Source: Schmidtea polychroa (taxonomy: Eukaryota). From it: a DNA stretch of 64,000 nt. Shown here one piece after another: positions 26,721 through 38,012 of the stretch. Under the pieces are notes generated by a model, which was given only the letters and a program-made list of their open reading frames with translations, was not told the DNA's origin and did not search any database. The number at the start of each line of letters is the position of its first letter. Position 1 is the first letter of the stretch. The position numbers were made by a program, and so were the translations under genes. Where the stretch lies: contig CM097888.1 in the NCBI GenBank assembly GCA_044892525.1, positions 58,714,001-58,778,000 on the forward strand. Reading direction: 5' to 3'.

Positions 26721-28227
26721 CATTAAATCTCCAAAATATCTTAAAATATTTATGTTAAATAAAAAAGAGAAAAGTCATTTAATTACATAGAATTTAGCAT
26801 TAAAAATTAATCTTAATTTTAAAATTCAAACAAATTACAAGTAACTGGATTTTGTTTACACCAAAGTGCATAAATTACGTTATTTTATAAAACATAATTA
26901 ATTTATATATAGAAAAAATAAACACAAAAATAAAAAAATTATGGGAATTTACTAGAGAAAAATAGAAAAATAATTCTGATAAGAAAAATTAAATACTAAT
27001 ACACATATACTATACACAACGACGCTTTGATAAATAAGCGGCTCTGAGAGACAAAAATTATGGACATCAATCATTTTTTCCAAATCATACCTTCCAAATA
27101 TGGAATAACTAAAACATGAGATTTCAAATTTTCACCGACATTAAATGAACTGTAATTTTTCATTTTTCATCAAGTGATATTAAAAGGTGATTAATGTTTT
27201 TCTTAACTTTTCTTTTATAAAACCTTTTGAAAATACATTTTTATTCAAAAGAGAAACGAGGTTTTGTATAATTTTTGCTCTTGTTATTTAAGGTTATATT
27301 CAAAAGATTTGAGCAGGGATCTGCTCTTATTTTTCATTTTGACTTATGCGGAACCTAAATACTAACTCTCCGAGACAGTCTTTAACCTATATGTCGTATA
27401 AAATCTGCCACTGGCCTAAAAATATCCTGTTTCGACCCAATATTAATAATATTTCAAATATTCTAGCTTTCAATAAAATATCAACTAATGGTGTTGAAAA
27501 ATATAACAAAACTCAAAAAAAAATTTTTATATCATGAAATAAAAATTCAATAAAATGAAACAGTGTTATTTTTTAAATTTTATCTAAATTTATTTAAAAT
27601 AAATTTAACAATCTCCATTCAAACTTAATAAGATGTTCTATTAAAAAATCAATATCTGTTTTTGAAAATACGAGTAATAAAATTTTATTAATCAGAAAAT
27701 ATTAAACTTAAATGTAACAATTACCCATTTTGTTTTCATACGTATTTTAATTTAATTTAAAATTTGAAATATTAAGAATAATGAAAATTGATCGAATAAT
27801 TATTTTAGCTTATATTTTCGACGAATATTCAAATTCTGTGAAATGAAATTGGTCATTATATTATTTTAGAGCTACTTTCAAGACTATTTTCTTAAATAAA
27901 TAGCTCAACAACACAAAAGAATTTCAAAAATTTGTTAACATTACAGGTTTTAAGTGAAACGATGCTCAAAAGTACTAAATTATTATATAGTTATTTGGGT
28001 CATGATTATTGTAATAACATTTCTTTTGGATATGAAAGGCTATATTAACTATTGTCAAATATCAAGTAATAATTTTTGTATATACTTTATAGAAAATAAT
28101 ACATTAATTATACATTTTTAAATATATTCATTTTATCTTCCAGCAATTATTTTGATTTTACGAACGTAAGATAAATCATGGAATTTATAATTTTTAAAAT
28201 TTTAATATTTTTAAGTTTTAGTGATAT

Positions 28228-28231
<4 letters not shown>

Positions 28232-28266
<35 letters not shown>
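28232..28266. repeat. (TA)n microsatellite
   Basis: Direct reading. Confidence 0.95.
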
Positions 28267-28267
<1 letters not shown>

Positions 28268-29244
28268 CCGATTTTATTATTGGCAATTAGATCATCTATT
28301 GTGCTGCTCTAAGAAGTGTTTGATTTTCAATAACAAATCAATGAAGTCGGTTTCCTTCTGACTTGTGCCTTTTAAATTGAACAAACAATAGCACTTCTAA
28401 TGTATATTTATATTCAGTTTTATATTATAATTCAATCGTTTTCAAATAATAAGAGATTTTTGGTTGGTACATCTTTGTGTTTTAAACATTCGGTGTAATT
28501 TTCTATAATTTAATTTTCATCCTGATATTTATCAATAATATTGCGTGTTGTATGTGCCGGGTATCTAGAATTATGGCTGATCTTAACCTCAATAACACCA
28601 CATGACTTTACTAACTGATCATCGCTTCGCCCATTGTTATCCCTTTTGACGACCATGTTGGAACTCTTAAACGTGGCTGTAAAAATGGGTAAATGAGCTT
28701 TGTTTCCATAATCGAATCCCGTACTCACACACTGAATTTATGATTTAAATCAAAGTTGTTACAGGTCATTTTAATAATGAGTCTAGTAAGTGCTTATTAT
28801 GTAGTCTGTGTGTGTTTTAAAGATCTTGTAAAGCCTAACAAAATCCCCGTTAAAAATAGGTGTGTTTAAACCTAATTATTTCAAATTTAAATTCATAGCA
28901 ATAAGTCATAGTTTTACCCTACATTTGTTAGTTAGGTTTATAAGCTATGTAAATAAATAAATTACTCATTATCTAACTGAATGTTAATAAGTAACTAAAA
29001 TTGTTGCTAACAGATAACTTACAAATATAAATAACAGTTACTATGGCAACCATACAAAAATAATTTAATTTTTGCGTTTTCAATGATGGAATTTTGAGTT
29101 GTGTCGAAATTAGATAAGTTCTATTTTATTTCGTTTACCAACCAATTAACTAATTTTAGTAAAAGTGTTATTATAGTAATTGAATTGTTAAATATTTACA
29201 AATTCATGGCTTGAACTTGAGTTTCTTGGAACTCCTTGAAAAAT

Positions 29245-29790
29245 CTCTTTTTAAGGTCCAGCAGTAATCTGCCATCATTACTGCATCCCAACACCCTTGA
29301 TACCTTGTCCTCATCTCTTTCAAGTCTTGATGGAACCTTTATCCATGTTCGTCAGTCATTGATTCAAGATCCCCAAGAAACCAACTCTAATGAGAGAACA
29401 GGTAGTGCATTTTGATGCTCATGTTGCATCAAAGGTTTCTAAAAGCAGTCAGCATCTTGGTAACAAGTTCTTTATAGTTCCTGGCTTTGTTATTGCCAAG
29501 AAAGTTGTTGAGAACCTGAACAAAAGCCTTCCACGTTTTAATCTCCACTGATTTCATTGAGTTCTCAAAATGTGAATCTCTCAAGAGCTGCCAAATTTGA
29601 GGACCGTCAAAAATCCCAGCTTTCAACTTTTCAATAGTTAAACATGGAAAAGCTTGGCACATGTATGCAAAGCAGTCCCCAGCCTTGTCCAAAGCTCTGG
29701 TGAATTGCTTGATCAAGCTAAGCTTAATATGAAGCGGTGGGAATAAGATCCTATTTCTGTTCACCAGCGGCTTGTTGATGTTCCTTACTG
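29245..29790 (-). mobile_element. DNA transposase C-terminal fragment, Chapaev3-like (CMC group)
   Basis: LHIKLSLIKQF...GIFDGPQI...NNFLGNNKARNY...CNMSIKMHYLFSH...DEHG*RFHQD...RYQG.W...MADYCWTLKRD. A widespread metazoan transposase signature; the superfamily name is from memory. Confidence 0.6.
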
Positions 29791-30059
29791 ATTATTATTA
29801 TTAATCATTTTCTGAGGAAAGCAGACATACTAAAAGAAAAACAACATAATAGATTCGATAAGGATGCTGAGAGATTTCCATAATCCAAATATTATTTTAT
29901 TAATAATAACGGACAAAAATTTGTCTTATCAAAATTAAATTATTAATTACTAAAATTTTATAAATTTATTTGTAATTATCAACAATCTGTTAACGGCCGC
30001 AGGTTAATGGATTCTTAAGTATTATTATTAAATGTTTTTATTACGTTATGTCTTTACTA

Positions 30060-30262
30060 TGTTACTATTTTGTACTATTATAGTAGCGAGGTAGAGTACA
30101 GAGTATCCAATAAAAAAATGCGGCGAGACAGTTGGGGTGTTGTGTTTACAACTATCTAATATTAAGAACAATAATAATTAATAACGATTATTAACAAAAC
30201 TTTTATTATTCTATAAAGAATTCGTAATACCTCTAATAGTCTATGATTTTCTTTTGAAATAA
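30060..30262 (+). repeat. LTR-like dispersed repeat, copy 3 (boundaries approximate)
   Basis: TGTTACT start, gagacagttggggtgttgtgttt core shared with copies 1 and 2, ...AATAACA end. Confidence 0.3.
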
Positions 30263-30517
30263 CAGTGAATTCTTTCTAGTATAAAAATATCATTTTGTTT
30301 CTTCTAAGCGAGAGGGGGAATAAAAATAAAATTTAACAAGAACCGCAAGTTAAATCTTTGTCAAGGGGAGTCGCAAAATCAAAAAATAGAGTAGTATGAG
30401 GATAGACTATATGTTTGTGATATACTCATTATACCTAGCAAGGCAGCATGAACTCATTTGCAAAAGAAAGTGAAGTCAAGCTAAAGAATATTATTTATAC
30501 AATAATCTAACATCCCA

Positions 30518-31969
30518 TCAGTTTTTAAATATAAAGTTTTTCACAAATGAGCTCGTTCCTTGGGACGAATTTCCGAATTTCTGTTGCGGTACAAACCCTA
30601 AATATGCTGGTTTGGCGTTGGCTCCATCCACACCAAGCTCACTAATAAAATTATCATATTCTCCCTCTAACTTTGCGTGCTGAGGCGGGAGCTGCATCAT
30701 TGGAATTTGGTTACTATTTACCATACAATCTCTAGGCAAATGTCCAGTGCCTCCGCACAAACTACATATTATTGTATTTGTGACAACGGACTGAGCCTCT
30801 CCAAGAATTTTCAATTTGTTTAATCCTTCCGTTTCTCGATATGTCCCATTAAAAATAGCCAATTGCTTCATTTGATTTTTACGTAATTCATTTTGTAGTT
30901 CTGGAAATTCAATTCCATCTTGGATTATCTTTCTTATTTTCTCAGCTGCTTTATCGACACTTTCTCTTGATATCGAAGTAACATAAGCATGAAGAGGTTC
31001 ATCTTCCCCGGGAAGGGGAGCTCCGTCTCCGTTAAACTGTCCAGGTCTTGCACTTCCTTTACCTCGGATTAGAATTTTTGTACCAGTTTCTTTTTCAAGT
31101 TCTTTCTGCGTCATTCCACGTGGTCCTATAATCAATCCCGCAAAGTTAATATCTGGATAGTCTTCCTGTGGGATGAATATCTTTTCTTCTATTCTTGATC
31201 CGATCATTTTGTCAGGGTAGGGAACAAGTTCTGGTCTTAATGCATGAAGCCTGAGAATCAAATTTCGTTTGCGATCATCTAAGCGTTCTCGCGCTCTATA
31301 TTCTTTTGTGTTGACACGTTTACCATCGTGATTATAAATTGGATCGGGCGATGGTTCACGGCACATTGCTTCGATTTCTTCCGCGTAATTCTTTTGTTTT
31401 AATTTGGTTGTGACGCTGTTCAATTGAATTTGGATCGAATAGACTTCTGCATCCTCTGAGTTTAAATACATTGGGACATTAGCTTGACCAGTTCCCCATT
31501 TACTTTGGCGTTTTCTTTTTTTCGGCTGTTCAGAATTGTTGGTCAAGTTTGAATAATTTTCATTGAAATCTTGATTAACTTGACTTTGAAATATATGGTG
31601 GACATTAGAATCTCTATTCGTATCACAATCTGTCATTTCTGAACGTTTATGTTTCGAGTATCCATCCTTAGTTGGACTTAAATTGGATCTTTCATGTCTT
31701 CGGTGCTTCCTACGATCAGAAGATTTATGAGAATTATCTCTTGAATGGTCACGACGTTTATGGTCACGACGTTTATGGTCACGCTGATAGTCACTTTCTA
31801 CCTCTTTTATTTTACGAGAAGATCGATCTCTTCTTGAAGACTTATTTCTTATTTGTTCTCTAGGAGATCTTTCTCTCTTATGGCGGTAATCCTTATCTTT
31901 CTTTCTCTTTGTATCCCTTGATGAATTTCTCTTGTCTTTACGCGAAGGAGAACTTTCTTTTCTATTCAT
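30518..31969 (-). CDS. SF1: Splicing factor 1 / branchpoint-binding protein, 483-aa ORF
   Basis: N-terminal RS/RD-rich region; U2AF-binding KKRKRQSKWG; REPSPDPIYNHDGKRVNTKEYRARERL; KH domain GLIIGPRGMTQKELEKETGTKILIRGKGS; QUA2 NELRKNQMKQLAIFNGT; CCHC CSLCGGTGHLPRDC. Confidence 0.95.
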   Translation of the reverse strand: MNRKESSPSRKDKRNSSRDTKRKKDKDYRHKRERSPREQIRNKSSRRDRSSRKIKEVESDYQRDHKRRDHKRRDHSRDNSHKSSDRRKHRRHERSNLSPTKDGYSKHKRSEMTDCDTNRDSNVHHIFQSQVNQDFNENYSNLTNNSEQPKKRKRQSKWGTGQANVPMYLNSEDAEVYSIQIQLNSVTTKLKQKNYAEEIEAMCREPSPDPIYNHDGKRVNTKEYRARERLDDRKRNLILRLHALRPELVPYPDKMIGSRIEEKIFIPQEDYPDINFAGLIIGPRGMTQKELEKETGTKILIRGKGSARPGQFNGDGAPLPGEDEPLHAYVTSISRESVDKAAEKIRKIIQDGIEFPELQNELRKNQMKQLAIFNGTYRETEGLNKLKILGEAQSVVTNTIICSLCGGTGHLPRDCMVNSNQIPMMQLPPQHAKLEGEYDNFISELGVDGANAKPAYLGFVPQQKFGNSSQGTSSFVKNFIFKN

Positions 31970-32779
31970 TTTAAATTTATCAATTGAATTTTCTGTATAT
32001 TAATTGTTTCAAATATTATTCAATTTAATTTTGTTTATTTAAACAATTTTTAAATTTTTTCGTTAGTATTTTTAATTAATTTAAAAAAATTAATTATTAT
32101 AAAAAATTCATAAAATTTATTTATAAAATTAAGTTAAACTATTTGTGTTAAAATAATTATTATAAAACAATTACATGCTATTAAAATTTTCTTCTATTGA
32201 AATCTTTCTACTAATTCAGTTTTACTAAAATATATTGAAATTTATGAATATCAAAATTTAAAATAATTTTATTTACATTAAAAGTTAATTTAGATATATT
32301 ATAAGAACTATTTTCAATTTTCATCACTAATTTCTTTTCAATTAGCATTGTATTTATTGCCGAAAATTCGTGAACATCAAAATATATTTTTACTGATTCA
32401 TAGTCAAGTTTTTTAATAAATATAATTTATCTTGTGAATAATCCATTATCTTTGCTGGATTTTCTAAAATGAATATACAAATTAATTTCAAAATAAATTA
32501 TATTTAGACATTTTAAATAAACCTAAAATAAAAAATTAAATATTTAAAACAAAACACTTTATAAATAATTTGATATTTATTAAAAACTTTAGAATTAAAA
32601 TTTAATTTAAGGATAAACTTAGGAATATAGTTAAGAATTAAAATTAAAATTTATAATTTAGGCTAAAAATTTAAAATAAAATTTATAATTAACTTTGGAT
32701 ACCCATTTATAAAACAAATAAATAAGAAAAAACTGTAAAAGGATTTATTAAATAAAATATCTAAAATCATAGAGAATTT

Positions 32780-35700
32780 CTTGCACTGCTAACTTTCCAA
32801 ACTTGGGTTATAACATTATTCGAATCAATCTTGTACGCTTGAATAACTTGAACAGCTTTTATTATTTCTTAATTGAATATCTTCAAATGCGTCGAAGAAT
32901 CTTACTTGGTGGTTGTTGATAATTATATTTTCACTGCAATGAGGCAATCATAATAACCTTTCTACTTCTCTCGATATGTTACTCCAATGAAATTGGATAA
33001 ATATAAATATGCCATGAAACCTTGGGTGTATTTGAATTTTGAAAAAAAACATTTCAACTGAATTTTTGCATAATCGAAATGACTGCACTCACTATTTGAT
33101 AGAGTAATTATTTTTGATTAATCTAACATGACTATAAAGAATTTACGACAAGAATCAAACGAGAAAGGTTTGACTTGCTTTGGAAATGACTTAATTCTTT
33201 TCGAGAATTTTTTTTATTTTATACAATTTATACTGAAAACGATTTAATTTATAGTGTTTTCTCAATAAATTAAAACAAAAAACAAATGAAACTGTTATAA
33301 TAATATTAATGTTATAATAAAAATAGCCTGCATATGCACTTGACCTGTTTATGAACTTACTCTACTACAACTTAATTGTAAACGTCGTTCCAAATACCTT
33401 GAACAGCTGAAATTTTTAATTTCTTTCTTCGGTTCACTGTCCCGTTGATCACTGTAAATATTCTTTCGACTTGGGCATTTTGAACTGATATTGCAAATAA
33501 AAATTCACACATTTTTAAAAATTCCATTTGATATTTGACATTATTTTCTTTAAAATATTCTCTCTACTAGTAATCAGATTTTTAAAATTTTCAACATTAA
33601 GGTTTTCTATAACAAATATTATATAAGATTATAATGAAATATTATATTTTTAATTATAAAATTGATCTTGTATCATTTACAACGATATTTTTGGTTTCAA
33701 GAAATATTAGTGACTTTTCAACTTTATCCCATGTTGCAAGTCTACTTAATTTCTTTCAAAAAAAGTTATTAAATTTGATAATTGATTAGTCCACAATTGT
33801 TTATATTCCAAAGATTTTATAGCAATTCATGTAATTTAAATTGAATTTATTTATTTCACTTAACAAAATAGATTTCACTTTGATTGGTAAAAACATATTT
33901 GTCATATCTATGAATCAATGTTTCTGTTAATGAATTTTTTTTAATTTTTCCAATGAAAAAATTCATTTTTTGGTAATCTTGTATTTTTTTAAACAGGTAT
34001 TGCTGTTTCATTTGACAAAAAATATAAATCGATCATTTTTGTTCCCGGATCCTTGTAAGGAGATGATTCTATTAAAAATTTTTTTAAAGACTTAATGACG
34101 ACTGGAAACATTTTAATTGCACCATAATTTCTTCCGTCGGTTGAAATTGATAATATTTTATATTTGGATAAATAGCATAAATTTAACCAATCAATGGAAA
34201 ATATTCTCCGGCGGAATTTCCGTTCAACATTGTTCTCGAATTGTTAAGTTTTATGCATTTGCTTCGGTAGATTTTTGTTTATGTGTAAAAGCCAATATAA
34301 TACTATAAAATTGACATAAAACCTTGTCTGCATAAAGTTTTGTGTAAAACCTAAACTTAAAATAATTAAAAATTGGCGAAATTAATAAATAGAACAATTT
34401 GAATTTTTATATAAAAAATTGTGTTTATAAAGAAAACATGTTCTTTTTAAGAGTCCTATTGGAAAGATTGTACATGTAAAAACTTGTGATATTCTTAGAT
34501 AAATGTGTTTCTTACTTTATCTGGTATCCAAATCTTTCGATAGTTCTAATAATACTATTTTAGACTTTTTGAATTTCTTGAGAAGCTAGATTTGATTATT
34601 TTTATTTCTTTACTATCTTTTTGCCATTTAACAAACAAATTCTTTGTAATAGTCGCAATTAATTGTTTTCAGTTTTTCAGTTTCCAAATCTTCGCTTCCA
34701 GATTATTTTTTTGACATTGAATGCAAGTTATATAATAACTTCTCAATAATGAATCTGCATTTACGTTAAGTTCACATTTTCTGTATTCAAATTTAATATT
34801 TAGAGTAGTGAAATGTCTCATCAAAGTTTGAAAATGTGTGTTTATGGGTTTCTTTTTTTATCATGAACGTAAACGCTTCATGGTCTGTTCTAAGTATAAA
34901 TAGTTTCCTATAAATTATTAGGTTTATAATCTACTAATAGACGATAAAGCTTGAAGTAGACTATAAAGTGATTTGTACTTAGGAACTCTTTTCTCTATCC
35001 AATATCCTAATTAATGTTTAAACTGGCATCAGTATCCAAAATGGAACTTATTAAAATTTCGATATATTAGAATTGGAGCCATTAGTGTTTCTCTTTTAGT
35101 TCTTCGAACGCTTTCTGGCACTTTTGTAACCATCTTAATTTTTTACTTGGAATACTTGTTAATTCTTCTAAGTGGTTCGATTAACTTTTATAAATGTCTC
35201 ATAATAATTTGTAATTTGTAACTTCTAAATTTATTCAACGCATTGGGGTGTTTCGAAATTCTTAAACGACTCTTCTTTATAAAGTATAAACTTTAAATGG
35301 TTACTTTTCAATTCAACCTTATCTATTTTTATGAGAACTTGGTCTATGTCTCTCATGTCGTCCAAGTATACCATAAAATTTCTCAATAGTATGTTCATCA
35401 GTCGCTGAAAAGTTGCTCATGCCTCGGCTATATCAAAGGATACTAAGTTAAAACAAGAATCCCGGTAAAAAAAGTGCTTGAGTTGTATGGTACATCTGAA
35501 ATTGTCTGAAAAAATTGGTGCATGGTATACAAAAGGTTGGCCACCTCTGACTTATAGTAACCAGTTGCGGTTTTAACTTATTGGATTCTTTCTCCTCGAA
35601 TTATGAACATTTTTTTGTTATTTATGAACAACACGTTTAAGTTTTGAAGCGTTTAGAAGGGAATATCATTAAACAAAATAATTAAATTTTCTAACACCTC

Positions 35701-35900
35701 ATTCATTCGACACTTCATCGTGAATACGTATCCACAATCATTCTTGAGCAACGTGTTCTTTGTTGGAATAAATATATGTTTATATTTAATTCTTTCAAAA
35801 TTGAGATATTTTGTTTACACAATAATTAATTCTCCTTTTCAAAGTGGTTGAGCAATTCTCAGACACTCTGTATCAGGAGTTATTGTTCCATTGCGTATGG
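32780..35900 (-). mobile_element. Gypsy pol relic (RT, RNase H, integrase), heavily decayed
   Basis: Fragmentary motifs in minus frames: GYHQF-like near 35500, AFTHKQ..TE and WTEIP..I near 34250, HWSNISREVER..CPHC near 32960. Confidence 0.5.
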
Positions 35901-36020
35901 TTGGTGTGTCTATTTACTTGCTTACTCACCCGATTGTGATATTTATGAGAGATTTGAAAATTATCATTGGTGGTCAACTATATAATCGGAGAGGGTTAAT
36001 AATAATATTAATTAACTTAA

Positions 36021-36492
36021 GTAGATGGTTAGGAGCCCGCTAACTCACATACCCCCCCCCCCGGGGGAAAATTTTTTTTTTGAAAAAAGTTGGTCGACTC
36101 AAAATTTTTAATTTTTTCTAAGTATTTTGACTTGACCTACATAAAAACTGAAAAATTTCATGTAAAATGATTGAAAAATGTAAATAAATTATAAAATTTG
36201 AGTTGACCTACTTATTTTTCAAAAAAATTTCAAAGTATTTTGAGTTGGCCTACATAAAAACTCTGAAAATATTTATGTAGATACCTTGAAAATTGTAAAA
36301 ATTTATTAAATTTCTGAGAAAAACCATAGAAAAATATAAAATTTCTGAGAGAAATATAAAATTTTCGAGAAAAACTCTTGAAAATCTTAAAAAATTATAA
36401 AAAATTAAAAATTTTTGAGTTGACCTACATTTTTCAAAAAAAAAAAATTTCCCTCGGGGGGTATGTGAGTTAGCGGGTTCCTAACCATCTAC
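36021..36492. mobile_element. Foldback element with long TIRs (Mutator-like, non-autonomous)
   Basis: TIR GTAGATGGTTAGGA(G/A)CCCGCTAACTCACATACCCCCC at both ends; 8-bp TSD taacttaa; internal GAGTTGACCTAC repeats in both orientations. Confidence 0.85.
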
Positions 36493-36999
36493 TAACTTAA
36501 TAACTTAATTAATTTTAAAAATGTATATTGAATAATTTTGCATTTTGTATCTTATGTAAATTATATATTAACAAATATAATGTAATTTAAAATAATAGAA
36601 TGTTTATAAAATTAAGTATTTGATGTTTCTTTGCTCAAAATAATGTTGGTGTAAAATAATCCTCATGTTGTCAATTTTAGTGTTAAATTAATGAATACTA
36701 TCGACACTTGGGCCACGCTGTTTGACACGGTGACCATGCTCTCGAGTAACTTTGTGAAATCTCCATATACTTTTGACATTAGAGATGATGTTTTTAAGTT
36801 CATTAAAGAGATCAAGCGCTTTTTCTCGTTGCTGTAAGTAGTATGATGTAAGCCCGTAACACCAAAGGGAAAATATTTTTTTTATTTAAATTAAGCAATA
36901 GATATAAATTAATAGATGTATCACCTACTAATGGGCGATAATCATTTTACGATATAATAATATTACAGTGATGTAATAGATTAGCAGTCTCAATTACAA

Positions 37000-37916
37000 A
37001 TTAATAGAATTATGTCAAACCATATAATCGAAAAATATGCTGATAAAATTTTGAACCATAAATTTAATAAAAAATTTAACACAATTTCTATTATTTATTG
37101 GTCTTGCTCAAGTTTAAATGGATTTCAAAATGTTGGAGTTAAATACGTTTGAAGAAATGAAAAATAGAATGACAAAGCACAAGAAATTTGCTAAAGAAAA
37201 AAAAAGAAGAATTCAATAATCGAAACACAATGAATCTTTCATTACGAAAAAAAATTCAAATTATTATCTAAGAAAAGAGCACAAGTAAATATTTTAATCC
37301 AAATAATGATTAGAGAACCAAAATTTGGTTGAATAATGGTGGTCATAATGAAAAAACGTTTTTTAATGCTGACGTTAGAAAAATCGGAACATTGGAGAGT
37401 TGAATGCCAAAATGTGAATTTTCTAAATATTATAAGCAAGGACACCTTCGATAACAATTGTGGGATTTGTGAAAAGATTGAAGGGGGAGTAGACCTAGCA
37501 TCGAATTTAATATTTCTAATTAATTACAAAAATAACTACAATAATAATTACAAAATTTTACTCGATACTGGAACAAAGATAAGTGTGATCCAACAAGATT
37601 TATTAAATAGGTGCCAGTTATTAGAATTAAGAAAAAGCAGTTTAAAGTTAAATATGCGAATGATAGCCCACTAAGAATATAAGGGAATAATTCAGTAACA
37701 ATATGCCATTTATGTTTTTGAAGAAATTTTTCCCAGATTAATTGATGAAATGGACTTTTCAGAAGAATGTTGGATTTAATTAAAAATTGATTTTAAGAAT
37801 GTAGATGGTCCAAAGGATGAATATATAAATTTAAAAGACAAAATTGTGAAATTTGAAAACAGTGGTAAAAATAGCCAACTTAGTTATGAGGCATAAATGA
37901 TATAAAGGGAAAACTG
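37000..37916 (+). mobile_element. Gypsy gag-protease relic
   Basis: YKILLDTGTKISVI aspartic-protease motif in ORF 37336-37674. Confidence 0.6.
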
Positions 37917-38012
37917 ATAATGTCAAAGCTGTATTGTTAAATATTGACAATTAGTTACCACCCGTACCTGTAGGGAATACAATCGCAAGTATCGAGTACC
38001 CGGGTATTTCTA
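37917..38012 (+). repeat. 96-bp exact copy of 48279-48374 (flank, TSD and left end of the Ac-like hAT)
   Basis: Base-by-base identity at offset 10362. Confidence 0.9.
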
